NCBI GenBank assembly: GCA_031262165.1
Contig: JAISIF010000071.1
Span: 78 to 64,077, forward strand
DNA length: 64,000 bases
Origin: Myxococcales bacterium
GTDB taxonomy: Bacteria > Myxococcota > Myxococcia > Myxococcales > UBA5297
Direction: 5' to 3'
Part shown: piece by piece, positions 15,552 through 25,600 of the stretch
Layout of the letters: every line of letters starts with the position of its first letter
Position numbering within the stretch: position 1 is the stretch's first letter
The notes under the pieces: model-generated
What the model saw: the letters and a program-made list of their open reading frames with translations, nothing else
Databases searched by the model: none
Told to the model about the DNA's origin: nothing
Position numbers and translations under genes: made by a program

Positions 15552-16673
15552 TCAAGCAAGTCCGAGCGCGGCCACGTCGTCCTCGTCCAATCCCAGGAAG
15601 TGGCCGACCTCGTGGAGCAGCGTGATGCCGATCTCCGTGACGAGCTCGTCGCGATCGCGCGCAGAGCGCTCGAGGTTGCGCTGGAACAGGACGATGGCGC
15701 TCGGGAACGTGCTCCACGGATCCGAGACGGACTGCTGGGGGCCGGGCGTGCCGCGGAACATGCCCAGGCAGTTGGGCGAGAGCGGTGGCTCGCTCTGCAG
15801 GAGCTCCTCGGCAGCGGGCAACGCCTCGACGATGATGGCGACGTTTCCGAGGTAGTCGCGCACCTTGTCGGGGAGCGCTTTCATGGCACGCTCGACCACC
15901 TTCTCGAACGACTTGGCCGACATCTTCTGCTGCGCAGGACACACCTCGGGATCGAGCGCGTGTGCCTTCAAGATGAGCGCGTCGGCCTCTTCACTGCGCC
16001 CCAGGTGATCGAGGAGGATCGCGTAGTTGAACATGGCCCAGGCATTGTCCGGGGTCTCTCGAAGCACCGCCTCCAGCTCGGCCCGCGCCTCGTCGAAGCG
16101 GCACAGCTCGAACAGCGCCGAGGCCAGGCAGGCGCGCAGATCGGGATCCTCGGGGAAGAGCGCCTGCGCCCTCTGTGCGGCGGCGAGCGAGCGGTGGGGC
16201 TCGTCGAGCAGCCGGAACGCATCGGTCGCGAGCAGGTAGAGCGCGCTGAGCCCCTCCTTGAGGGCCTCGATCGCCTCCAGCGCTGCCTCGGATCCATCGG
16301 ACGCCGCGCTGAGCTGCGCGAGCCTCTCCTCGCCCACTTCGCAGCCGTGCTCGAGCCGATCGGCGGCCTCCTCCAGCGCCTCGGGCGACTCCTCTGACAA
16401 CTGGAGCAGGAGCTCCACGGCGGTCTGGATCAGATCGAGCGCGTCGGGATGGGTGTCGAGCGCCTTGCCGCAGAATTCGAGCGCCTCGTCCAGCTCGTCG
16501 GCCATGCTCAGCGCCGCGGCATGCATGCACAGGCACTCGGTGTCGTCGGGAAAGAGCGAGATGAGCTCGTTGGAGAGCGTCAGGGCTTTTTCGTTATCGT
16601 CCCGTTCAAAGGCCTCTTCGAGCGAGAGCATCAACGTTTCACGGGCTTCGGGGCCATTGGCGGAGAGGGACAT
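15552..16673 (-). CDS. TPR-repeat protein with a C-terminal zincin-type metallopeptidase-family domain (DUF1025/Zincin_1-like)
   Basis: The N-terminal ~230 aa are TPR-like helices. The C-terminal part (NVAIIVEALP..IVLFQRNLER..ITLLHEVGHFLGLDEDDVAALG) carries the HExxH motif typical of that small metallopeptidase family. Confidence 0.75.
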   Translation of the reverse strand: MSLSANGPEARETLMLSLEEAFERDDNEKALTLSNELISLFPDDTECLCMHAAALSMADELDEALEFCGKALDTHPDALDLIQTAVELLLQLSEESPEALEEAADRLEHGCEVGEERLAQLSAASDGSEAALEAIEALKEGLSALYLLATDAFRLLDEPHRSLAAAQRAQALFPEDPDLRACLASALFELCRFDEARAELEAVLRETPDNAWAMFNYAILLDHLGRSEEADALILKAHALDPEVCPAQQKMSAKSFEKVVERAMKALPDKVRDYLGNVAIIVEALPAAEELLQSEPPLSPNCLGMFRGTPGPQQSVSDPWSTFPSAIVLFQRNLERSARDRDELVTEIGITLLHEVGHFLGLDEDDVAALGLA

Positions 16674-16718
16674 GGTGTGGGGATCCTTCGTGGAGGGGGG
16701 GCAAGAGGTGGTGAGGTA

Positions 16719-17798
16719 TCAGGAGGAGGGAGAGGAGGAGATGGAGGGCCTCGGCGTGCTCGCCGAGCCCGAGTCATCCGAGGCCGCGCTCTTGAGCCAG
16801 GCCTTGGCGCGATACCAGTCGAGCGAGCGCGCCACGGATTCGGCGAGCGGGATCTTCGGATCGAAGCCGAGCCGTTCGCGCGCCTTGACGATGCTGCACG
16901 TCCAGCCTGGCGCGAGGAGCTGCTGCGCGAGCTTGCGGTTGATCGGGAGCCTGCGGCCCGTGAGCCGAGTCACCGCGTCGGCACCCGCGGCCACGACTTT
17001 GAGCAGTCGCTCGGGCAGGTGGACGCGGAAGGTGCGGCAGCCCATCTGGCGGGCGATCTCCTCGATCAGCGCTTCCTGCGTGGTCGTGTCGCGCGACAGA
17101 CAGAAGATCTCGCCCGAAGGGCCGTCGCGCTCGGCCAGGCGGCACAGGCCGTCGGTCAGGTCGTCCACGTCGAGGGTGGACATGGGGCGCGGCGCGCCAC
17201 CGATCGTGAACCTGAGCCCGCGCTCGACCAGCCGGAAGAAGAAGAGGTTCTCGCGATCGCCCGGCCCCACGATGCGCGAGGGCCGCGCGATGCCGACGTG
17301 CAGGCGGTCGGCGAAGCTCAGCGCGATCTCTTCGGCCAGGGCCTTGGACTCGCCATACCAGTCGGCTGGCTTCAGGGGCGCGCGCTCGTTCGGGAAGTCG
17401 CGCGAAGGCCCCATCGCCGTCAGCGAGCTGCACAGGACGAGGCGCGCGTTCGGCGCGCAGCGGACCATGGCCTCGCACACGGCGCGCGTGCCCTCGGCGT
17501 TCACGGCAAAGAGCTCCTGGCGCGAGGGCGATCGCCTCAGACCTGCCAGGTGGACGACCACGTCCACGTCACGCAGTGCCGCGTCGAACGAACCAGCCCG
17601 GAGGAGCTCGCCTTCGAAGGCACAGACGTGTTCGGCGTCGTCATTGACGGCAGCCGCCGGGGCGAGGGGCAGCCCGGCGAGGAGCGAGGTGTCCGCGCCT
17701 GGGCGCAGGAGCACGCGGACCGCGTCGCCGCGCTGGAACATGCGGTGGGTCAGCGCGCTGCCGATGAAGCCGTTGGCTCCGGTGATGAGGACACGCAT
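16719..17798 (-). CDS. NAD-dependent epimerase/dehydratase family protein
   Basis: This lies in ORF 16719..17960. I place the start at MRVLITGANGFIGS (Rossmann GxxGxxG) at 17798, with GAGG upstream. A YGESK (YxxxK) catalytic motif is present. Confidence 0.85.
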   Translation of the reverse strand: MRVLITGANGFIGSALTHRMFQRGDAVRVLLRPGADTSLLAGLPLAPAAAVNDDAEHVCAFEGELLRAGSFDAALRDVDVVVHLAGLRRSPSRQELFAVNAEGTRAVCEAMVRCAPNARLVLCSSLTAMGPSRDFPNERAPLKPADWYGESKALAEEIALSFADRLHVGIARPSRIVGPGDRENLFFFRLVERGLRFTIGGAPRPMSTLDVDDLTDGLCRLAERDGPSGEIFCLSRDTTTQEALIEEIARQMGCRTFRVHLPERLLKVVAAGADAVTRLTGRRLPINRKLAQQLLAPGWTCSIVKARERLGFDPKIPLAESVARSLDWYRAKAWLKSAASDDSGSASTPRPSISSSPSS

Positions 17799-17986
17799 CG
17801 GAAAGCCTCGCATGGGAAAACCCCTATCGACATCACGCCGCAAACCCTCTCCCGGCACTTCGTGGCCCCCTCTCCCGCAGGCAGGCAAGGGGGGGGGAGG
17901 GATCTGGCGGGAGTCGACTTGTGCCGTGAGGGATTGGCCTTGCCACCTTCCCTCTCCCATTCATGGGAGAGGGGCTGCTCTGAAGA

Positions 17987-19162
17987 TCACCCCTTGGGCT
18001 TCAGACCGACCGCGTCGCGCAGCGCCTCGACCTTGTCGGTCCACTCCCAGACGAACTCGGGTTCGCAGCGGCCAAAGTGACCGTAGTTTGTCGTCTTCTG
18101 GAAGATGGGGCGCAGCAGGCGCAGGTGCTCGATGATCTCGCGCGGCTTGAGCCCAAAGACATGGAGGATGGCCCGCACGATGCGCGCATCCTCGACGTTC
18201 CCGGTGCCGAACGTGTCCACCATGACGCTGACCGGCGCGGCCAGGCCGATGGCGTAGGCGAGCTGGACCTCGCAGCGCCGGGCCAGCCCAGCGGCCACGA
18301 CGTTCTTGGCGATATAGCGCGCCATGTAGGCCGCCGAGCGATCGACCTTGGATGGGTCCTTCCCGGAGAAGGCGCCGCCGCCGTGGCGGCCCATGCCTCC
18401 ATAGGTATCCACGATGATCTTCCGGCCCGTCACACCCGAGTCGCCCACGGGACCGCCGATGACGAACCGGCCCGTCGGGTTCACGAAGATCTTGGTGTCG
18501 GCGTCCATGAGCTGGACTGGCAGGGCCGGGGCGATGACCTCGGCGCGGACCGCCTCTTCGATCTGGGCGTGCGTGACGTCGGGTTCGTGCTGCGTGGAGA
18601 TGACGACCGTGTCGATGCGCGTGGGGCGACCGCCCTCGTATTGGACCGTCACCTGACTCTTGCCGTCGGGCCGCAGCCACGGCAGCGCGCCTGCCTTGCG
18701 GACCTTGGACAGGCGCTGCGTGAGCGCGTGCGCGAAGCCGATGGGCGCTGGCATCAGCTCTGGCGTGTCGTCGCACGCGAAGCCGAACATCATGCCCTGG
18801 TCACCGGCGCCCTGTTCGCGATGCGCGCTGACATCGACGCCCATCGCGATGTCGGGCGATTGCTTCTCGATGGCCGAAAGCACGCCACACGTGTTGCCGT
18901 CGAAACCGAGCGCGCTGCTCGTGTAGCCGATGTCACAGACCGTCTTGCGGACGATCTCGGAGATGTCGACGTAGGCCTCGGTCGTCACCTCGCCCGCCAC
19001 GACGGCGAAGCCCGTCTTGACGAGCGTCTCGACGGCCACGCGACCAAACTTGTCTTGACGCAGGATCGCGTCCAGGATCGCGTCCGAGATCTGGTCGGCG
19101 ACTTTGTCTGGATGGCCTTCGGTGACGGACTCTGAGGTAAAGATGAAATTTCGCAGATGCAT
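17987..19162 (-). CDS. metK: S-adenosylmethionine synthetase
   Basis: Hallmark motifs are present: [56 protein letters not shown]. Confidence 0.97.
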   Translation of the reverse strand: MHLRNFIFTSESVTEGHPDKVADQISDAILDAILRQDKFGRVAVETLVKTGFAVVAGEVTTEAYVDISEIVRKTVCDIGYTSSALGFDGNTCGVLSAIEKQSPDIAMGVDVSAHREQGAGDQGMMFGFACDDTPELMPAPIGFAHALTQRLSKVRKAGALPWLRPDGKSQVTVQYEGGRPTRIDTVVISTQHEPDVTHAQIEEAVRAEVIAPALPVQLMDADTKIFVNPTGRFVIGGPVGDSGVTGRKIIVDTYGGMGRHGGGAFSGKDPSKVDRSAAYMARYIAKNVVAAGLARRCEVQLAYAIGLAAPVSVMVDTFGTGNVEDARIVRAILHVFGLKPREIIEHLRLLRPIFQKTTNYGHFGRCEPEFVWEWTDKVEALRDAVGLKPKG

Positions 19163-19178
19163 GTGTATTCACCTCGCA

Positions 19179-19295
19179 TGAAAATGCCCCCTCGTGCGCT
19201 TCAGGAGAGACGCGGATTGGGAGGGGGCAGAAAAACAGGCGCTCGATGCGCTGAAAAAAGCGGAGCAGATTAGTGGCCGCTGCTGGAGGTGTCAA
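19179..19295 (-). promoter_or_regulatory. Candidate metK promoter plus structured leader with two terminator-like hairpins
   Basis: On the minus strand, TTGACA (19295-19290) is followed by 17 nt and then TAATCT (19272-19267). The leader then contains hairpin CAGCGC-atcga-GCGCCTG plus UUUUU (19253-19231). A second hairpin has a 9-bp GC stem, UGCCCCCUC...GAGGGGGCA (19229-19185), plus UUUUC, about 20 nt before the RBS GAGGUG. Confidence 0.3.
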
Positions 19296-19371
19296 ATTGG
19301 GCCTCTCGGATCACTGGAGACAAACCCCTGTTCCACCGGCGCGGATTCCCCATCGCGCCGCGCGTCGTTCC

Positions 19372-19941
19372 ATGACGCCGACCTTCCCCAGAGTCGCCTT
19401 GGCGCCGCTCCTGTGCTGCCTGGCGATCTCCGTCGCGAGCGCATGTGCCTCGCTTTCGGGCCAAGGCGATCCGAGGGAACTCTCCTTTCAGCCGGGGCGC
19501 TGGCTGGTGCTGCGGACCAACCTACACCACACGCCGCAGGGGGAGATCAGCGCGCTCAACTATCAGCCGCAGAACATCCTCCCCAGGTGCACGGAGGTCC
19601 TGCTGCTCGGGATCGACGGGGAGGAGATGACCTTCCGCGCGGGTGAGATGGAATACGTCTGGCGCTTCAGCGACCGCATCCGCGAGGACCGCTACGACCA
19701 TCTCTTCCACTTCTTTGCCCCGCGCTGCGAGACACGGACGCTCAACGACATCGACAAGCTCGGCATCCAGCAGGGGAAGGCAAAGGTCGGGATGACTCGC
19801 TGGGGCGTCCTCTACGCGCTGGGGTATCCGCCGGACGATGTGACACCAGACATCGCCGCCGACGTCTGGACGTATTGGCGATACCAAGATTTCCAAATGA
19901 AGGTCGTCTTCGAGAATGACGTCGTCACTTTTGTGAAATGA
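19372..19941 (+). CDS. Lipoprotein with a C-terminal BamE/SmpA-OmlA-like region
   Basis: This lies in ORF 19273..19941. The ATG at 19372 gives the signal MTPTFPRVALAPLLCCLAISVASAC. The C-terminus (GMTRWGVLYALGYPP..WTYWRY..VVFENDVV) resembles SmpA/OmlA. Confidence 0.55.
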   Translation: MTPTFPRVALAPLLCCLAISVASACASLSGQGDPRELSFQPGRWLVLRTNLHHTPQGEISALNYQPQNILPRCTEVLLLGIDGEEMTFRAGEMEYVWRFSDRIREDRYDHLFHFFAPRCETRTLNDIDKLGIQQGKAKVGMTRWGVLYALGYPPDDVTPDIAADVWTYWRYQDFQMKVVFENDVVTFVK

Positions 19942-20045
19942 ATTGCATCATTTGAAATCAATACATTTCATTCCGATTGGTTCGAACCTGAATCAACCAA
20001 TCCATTTGACGACAGGGGCTATTCGGAAAATCCATCCGAAAAATC

Positions 20046-20144
20046 CATCGTCGTCGCGAGGAGCGAGGCGACGAAGCCATCCAGGGAAAGCATCGACGGC
20101 AGAGGCAACCGTCCTGGATGGCGCCGCTTCGCTCGCAGCAATAG
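20046..20144. repeat. Family-B foldback element (two inverted motif copies)
   Basis: The motif catcgtcgtcgcgaggagcgaggcgacgaagccatcc (20046-20082) faces ggatggcgccgcttcgctcgcagcaatag (20116-20144) in inverted orientation. Confidence 0.55.
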
Positions 20145-20339
20145 AATTCCTTGGCGAGGCTGGGGAATTTGGTTGTGAACCACTCAAATCGGCTATTTGT
20201 CTGGTCCATATAGTGAAGCGGCTCGACGCTTCTACATTGTCCATGAATATCCTCTTTATATTGAAAAAAGGATCCTCGAATTCAGACCAATCTTTTCTGA
20301 AATCTGTCAATTTTTTATCATTTTCTCAATATTTCCTCC

Positions 20340-20369
20340 TTGACACCGAATAACATCTTGGTTGAGAAT
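20340..20369 (+). promoter_or_regulatory. Candidate sigma70-type promoter of the kinase gene
   Basis: TTGACA (20340-20345) is followed by 18 nt and then GAGAAT (20364-20369). It lies in an AT-rich tract about 60 nt upstream of the ATG at 20428. Confidence 0.25.
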
Positions 20370-20427
20370 TAAAAATTTTGAAAATGAAAATACATTTAGA
20401 CCGTCAGTCTAAAGAGGGCAGTGAACG

Positions 20428-22374
20428 ATGGGTGTATCTTTTGGACGTTACGAGCTTCTGAAACGGATCGCCGCGGGTGGCATGGGTGAGGTCTATCTCG
20501 CCCGACAGGCAGGGCTCGAGGGTTTCGAGAAGCTCCTGGTCGTCAAGGTCCTCCTCCCTCATTTGGCAGAGGACGCCGAGTTCACCACGATGTTCCTGGA
20601 CGAGGCGCGCATCGCGGCGCGCCTAGACCACCCGAACATCGGCCAGATCTATGATCTCGGTGAGGTCGAGGGCACCTACTTCATCGCCATGGAATACATC
20701 CGCGGCGACGACATCGTCCGCCTCTGGAAGCAGTCGCGCATCAAAAACAAGCCAGTGCCGCTGGCCTTGGCCGCGCGCATCGCCGCGGACGCCGCCGCTG
20801 GCCTCGACAACGCGCACAAGGCGCTCGACGCCAATGGCAACCCGCTCTGCCTGATCCACCGCGACGTGTCGCCGCAGAACATCCTCATCAGCTACGACGG
20901 TGGCGTGAAGCTCATCGACTTTGGCGTGGCCAAGGCCTCCAGCCGCGTCTCACACACGAGCACGGGGACCATCAAAGGCAAATACGCCTACATGAGCCCT
21001 GAGCAGATCGTCGGCAAGGACATCGACCACCGCTCAGACCTCTTCGCGCTGGGTGTCGTGCTCTACGAGATGCTGACCTCGGTGCGCCTGTTCAAGCGCG
21101 AGACAGAGGTGGCCACGCTCCAGGCGGTGACTCTCGGCGAGATCCCCGCGCCTTCGTCGATCAATCCCAACATCGACCCAATCCTCGAAGGCATCCTTCT
21201 CAAGGCGCTCGCGCGCGACCGCGACGATCGCTATGAAGACGCGCAGGCCTTTCGGATGGCGCTGGAAGAGTGGATGATCTCCGAGCGTCAGCTCGGAACC
21301 TCCGCGCACCTGGCGGCCTTCATGAAGGAGCTCTACGCGGAGCGCCTCGCCGAGGAACGCGCTTCAGGGGCCTCCTTCCCAGTGATCGAGCGCACGCCAT
21401 CACAGACGACGGGTCGCTCTTCGGTGAGCGTTGCCAATGGTTCGCCACATTCGGGCGCCAGGACGATGCTCGGCAGCGGCGGGCTGAGCCAGACGCCGAG
21501 CGCGCTCCGCTCGATGAGCAGAAGCCTCATGGCCAATACCTCTGGCACCTCGCTGTCGGTGACAGAGGCCGTCTTGGCCGGAGAGCCTCCCGCTGGCGAG
21601 GCGCAACCTCTGCCACCCAAGAAGAACACGGGCCTCCTCGTCGGCGTGATCGTCCTGCTCGTGGGGCTCCTGGGCGCCGGAGGGTTCTTCGTCCTATCGT
21701 CCGAGCGCGGTGCGCCAGCCAGCCTCCCACCAGGGCCGCCACCACCACCTGTGATCGTCCAGCCCCAGCGCGTGCATCTGGTCATCGAGAGCGCGCCGCC
21801 TGGCGCGATGGTCTATTCGAAGGGTGCCTTCCTCGGAAAGACGCCCCTGGAGATCGACCGCCTCAAGGCAGAGGGCGCCGAGCTCGACCTGTCGCTGGAG
21901 CTGCCTGGACACAAGACGGCGAGCTCCTCCATCGCGTTGGCCAGGGACGGCAGCGTGCGCGTGGTGCTCGCGGAGCTGCCTCCGCCCGAGCCTGCTGCGC
22001 CACCACCACCTGTGATTGTCCAGCCCCAGCGCGTGCATCTGGTCATCGAGAGCGCGCCGCCCGGCGCGATGGTCTATTCGAAGGGCGCCTTCCTCGGAAA
22101 GACGCCCCTGGAGATCGACCGCCCCAAGGCAGAGGTCGCCGAGCTCGACCTGTCGCTGGAGCTGCCTGGACACAAGACGGCGAGCTCCTCCATCGCGTTG
22201 GCCAAAGACGGCAGCGTGCACGTGGTGCTCGCGAAGGTTCGAGAAACGCCGCCGCCTCGCCCCCCCAGGTCCGGCAGATCGTCCAGGCCCAAGGCTGCCG
22301 ATACCGCCGCGCCTGCCGATACCGCCGCGCCGCCTTCCCAGAACGGCCCGCTCGACATCGCCCTCGACCGATGA
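20428..22374 (+). CDS. Membrane Ser/Thr protein kinase with two extracytoplasmic PEGA domains
   Basis: Hanks kinase motifs are present: GGMGEVYLA, VVKV, HRDVSPQNIL, DFGVAK, YMSPEQ. A TM helix (GLLVGVIVLLVGLLGAGGFFVL) is followed by two near-identical PEGA-type units (VHLVIESAPPGAMVYSKGAFLGKTPLEID..LELPGHKTASSSIAL). Confidence 0.9.
   Translation: MGVSFGRYELLKRIAAGGMGEVYLARQAGLEGFEKLLVVKVLLPHLAEDAEFTTMFLDEARIAARLDHPNIGQIYDLGEVEGTYFIAMEYIRGDDIVRLWKQSRIKNKPVPLALAARIAADAAAGLDNAHKALDANGNPLCLIHRDVSPQNILISYDGGVKLIDFGVAKASSRVSHTSTGTIKGKYAYMSPEQIVGKDIDHRSDLFALGVVLYEMLTSVRLFKRETEVATLQAVTLGEIPAPSSINPNIDPILEGILLKALARDRDDRYEDAQAFRMALEEWMISERQLGTSAHLAAFMKELYAERLAEERASGASFPVIERTPSQTTGRSSVSVANGSPHSGARTMLGSGGLSQTPSALRSMSRSLMANTSGTSLSVTEAVLAGEPPAGEAQPLPPKKNTGLLVGVIVLLVGLLGAGGFFVLSSERGAPASLPPGPPPPPVIVQPQRVHLVIESAPPGAMVYSKGAFLGKTPLEIDRLKAEGAELDLSLELPGHKTASSSIALARDGSVRVVLAELPPPEPAAPPPPVIVQPQRVHLVIESAPPGAMVYSKGAFLGKTPLEIDRPKAEVAELDLSLELPGHKTASSSIALAKDGSVHVVLAKVRETPPPRPPRSGRSSRPKAADTAAPADTAAPPSQNGPLDIALDR
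21739..22236 (+). repeat. Near-perfect 261-bp tandem duplication (PEGA unit plus linker) inside the kinase gene
   Basis: Unit 1 starts at 21739 and unit 2 at 22000. By hand alignment there are 9 substitutions over about 237 aligned nt. Confidence 0.9.
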
Positions 22375-22634
22375 GGGTCTGGTCAGGCGCTGTGGCTCCG
22401 TTCGAGGGGCACAGAAATGTCCGCGCGATGAGGCGCGTCGTGTCGCCTCGGTCTGGCTGACCACTGGAGGAGAGGACTTCTCTCCCACTCACTGGCAAGC
22501 CTTCCTCAGGGCAATCGAGCGCTCAAGATGCAGTCTCCAAAGGCCGCCCCCTCAAAGCGGTGCGCCACCTCCCTCTGAGAGGGGGACTCCACAACGAGCC
22601 CTCTCTCCTTCACCCGCTCCCAAGAGGTCCTTCA

Positions 22635-25600
22635 ATGCTCTCGCGGTTTGGTCGGATTTTCTTCTCCCTGACCCTCGCGCTCGCTTTTGCGTCCGCCGAG
22701 CTCGTCAACATCCCCGTCGCTCTGGCGGACAACACCTCTGACGAGGCAGAGCTGCGCTTCCAGCGCGGCGTCGCCTTTTACAAGATCCGCGAATACGAGG
22801 AGGCGCTCGTCGAGTTCTTCCACTCGAATCGCCTCGTTCGAAACGCCTCGACCCTCATCAACATCGCCCGCTGCTATGAGCAGTTGAGGAAGTTCAATGA
22901 GGCATTCCGCTATTACGACGAATACCTGGCCGAGGTGAGCGACCCAGCCGCCCGCAAGATCGCCGAGGATAGCATCCAGCGCCTCGCGCCCCGCATGGCC
23001 ACGCTGCGCATCGAAACGACACCGCCCGGCGCGGAGATCTACATCGACCGCAAAAATCTGGGTTCGCTCGGCGTGACGCCCAAGACCCTGGCCATCGATC
23101 CAGGGAAAACGACCGTCATCCTCGCCCTGCCTGGCCACCGCGAGGTCACCCAGCAGGTCAACCTGGTGCTCGGCACGCAGGCTCGCCTGGAGAGCGATCT
23201 CGAGTTCATCACTGGCACGCTCGTGCTCGACGGTTCGCCGGAGGGGGCCAAAGTCCACCTGAACACGGGGGCCGACGACGAGCTCCTGTGCACGCTGCCC
23301 TGTGAGAAAGTGATGGCGCCCGGCAATCACATCCTCAGCATCGCGGCCGAGGGCCATTACTCGATGCAGCTGCCTGTCGCGATCACCCCGGACGCGCGCA
23401 CCACCTTGACGGTCGACCTCCAGGCGCTCCCGCCCGTCATGGGCGCGCTCCATGTGACCGCCAACCGCGACGGTGCCCTCGTCTCCGTGAACGACCTCGC
23501 CATCGGCATCACGCCCAACGTCGTCCACACGCTGCCCGTCGGCACCCACAAGATCCGCGTGACGATGCGGGGCATGCAGCCCTTCGAGCAGGAGGTCGTC
23601 ATCAAAGAGAACGACACCTCTCCTCTCCATGCCGAGCTGCGCTTCGCCGCCGAGATCACCACCGCCGCCACCAAGAGCGAGACGACGACCTCCGAGGCGC
23701 CTGCTTCTGTGACGGTCATCTCGTCCGACGAGATCCAGGCCTTTGGCTATTCGACGCTGCCAGAGGCCCTGCGCGCCGTGCGCGGCCTCTATTTCTCGAA
23801 TGACCGCATGTATGAGTCGATCGGCATGCGCGGTATCTCCCCGCCGGGCGGCTACAACTCCCGAATCCTCATCCTCTACAACGGCCACGCGCTCAACGAC
23901 GCCTATACGGGTCAGGCCTACATCGGCCGCGACTTCAGCATCGACCTGGCCGACGTGGAGCGCATCGAAGTCATCCGAGGCCCCGTGTCCGCCATCTATG
24001 GTTCGTCCGCTGTGTTCGGTGCCATCAACATCGTCACGCGCTCCAACCTGGGCGATCGCAATGCCGAAGTGACGGGTTCGGCTGGCACCTCGCAGACAGT
24101 CTCTGGCCGCGCCACCGGCGCCTACACGAGCAAAAACTTCGACATCATCGTCAGTGGTGGCGCTTACCGCTCGCTGAACGAGTCGAACATGTCGTTCGAC
24201 GAAGCGCGTCAGCTCCGACCGCTGCAGGAGCTGCCTGCGGACACCAAGCTCACCAACCTCGAAAACCAGGACGGTGAACGCGCCTACCACGCCGATGCCC
24301 GCGTGCGCCTGGGGGACTTCACCCTGCAGGGTTACGTCAACAGCCGAAAGAAAGATCTCGGAACGGGCAATTACACGACAGCCATCAATAGGCCCGGTGC
24401 CTTCGTCAATGACCTGCGTGGCTTTATCGAGGGCAGGTTTGACAAGAAAATGAAGCAGGGAGATTTCTCAGCGCGCTTCTATTTCGATGTCATGAATTAC
24501 AACGCTACCTATTTTTATGATGTCGACCCCTATGATGAGGAAGCCTCGTCGTGGTGGGCTGGCGGTGAGCTTCGCTACCGCACTCCAGAATTCCTCAGAC
24601 AGCGACTGACAATCGCGATCGAATACAAACACGAAGACACCGAACAATGGATGCAGGAGATTTACCCCGTCTTTCCCCAGGAACTCTTGGATGGATTGAA
24701 AGATCCCAACCAATTGAAGGCATTCCAGGATTCGCTCTTATCATCACCATCAGGTCTCCCCGGCATGATTGAGCGTTGGGATGATCTGATGATCAAGACA
24801 AAGCGCGACATATTCTCGGGAAGCCTCTCCGATGAAATCCGCCTGGGGCGGCATCTGACCATTCATGCGGGAGGCCGTATCGACCTCTATCAATACAGCC
24901 CGACGGAGTGTCTGATGACGAATGGGGATGGCAGCTGCCAGACATTCTTGCAGCAGGTTTGGCTGGAAGGGCCTGATCGGGAGACGCTCCTAAAAGATGA
25001 CGACAAGAATATGGATGAATCCCATCTCAGGATTGCCTGGAGTGCCCGCATGGCGTTCATCCTCCATGACATCATTCAGGGCGGTGTCACCAAGCTCCTC
25101 GGCTCGACGGCATTCCGCGAGCCATCCGTCTATGAGCTCTATTTCTTTGACGGTGCGACTCAGATCCCCAACCCATACCGTCTCACCAAACCCGAACAGA
25201 TCTATTCTCTGGAGTTGGAACACACTCAGGAGCTCACCGAAGAATTGCGCTTCATTGCCTCTGGCTACATCAACTGGATCAATCGGCTGGTCTCTATGCG
25301 CAAAAGCGAGGACAAGATCATGACCGTCACAGCGGATGATGGCTGTGAGGTGTATCCATGCTCGGCCACCATCCAATCTACCGAGGAGTTATTCCAATAT
25401 GCGAACATGGAAAAAACGCTGCGCGTCGAAGGGGCCGAGCTCGGGTTTCGCTGGAAGCCAGGCATTCTCTCAATGCTGCAATTGAGCTATTCCTTCCAGC
25501 ACCTGACGCTTCCCAAGGATATTGAAAACCCCGAGACTATCGAAGCGAATATGCCCAACCACATGATCTCATTGAAAGCGATGGTCCCGCTGTATTCGAC

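Noticed and set aside
16258-18135. 625-aa plus-strand ORF spanning three minus-strand genes (TPR-zincin, epimerase, metK)
   Set aside because: The translation is Ser/Ala/Arg-rich and runs antisense across gene boundaries of well-supported genes. This is a typical GC-rich antisense open frame.
19163-19266. Known SAM riboswitch class in the metK leader
   Set aside because: I could not match the leader by eye to the SAM-I consensus or to the other classes I remember. It is kept only as a low-confidence structured-leader finding pending an Rfam scan.
19943-20353. 136-aa (+) and 105-aa (-) ORFs in the AT-rich tract upstream of the kinase gene
   Set aside because: The composition is unlike the surrounding genes. 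The two ORFs mutually overlap, cross a family-B foldback unit, and have no RBS or recognisable domain.
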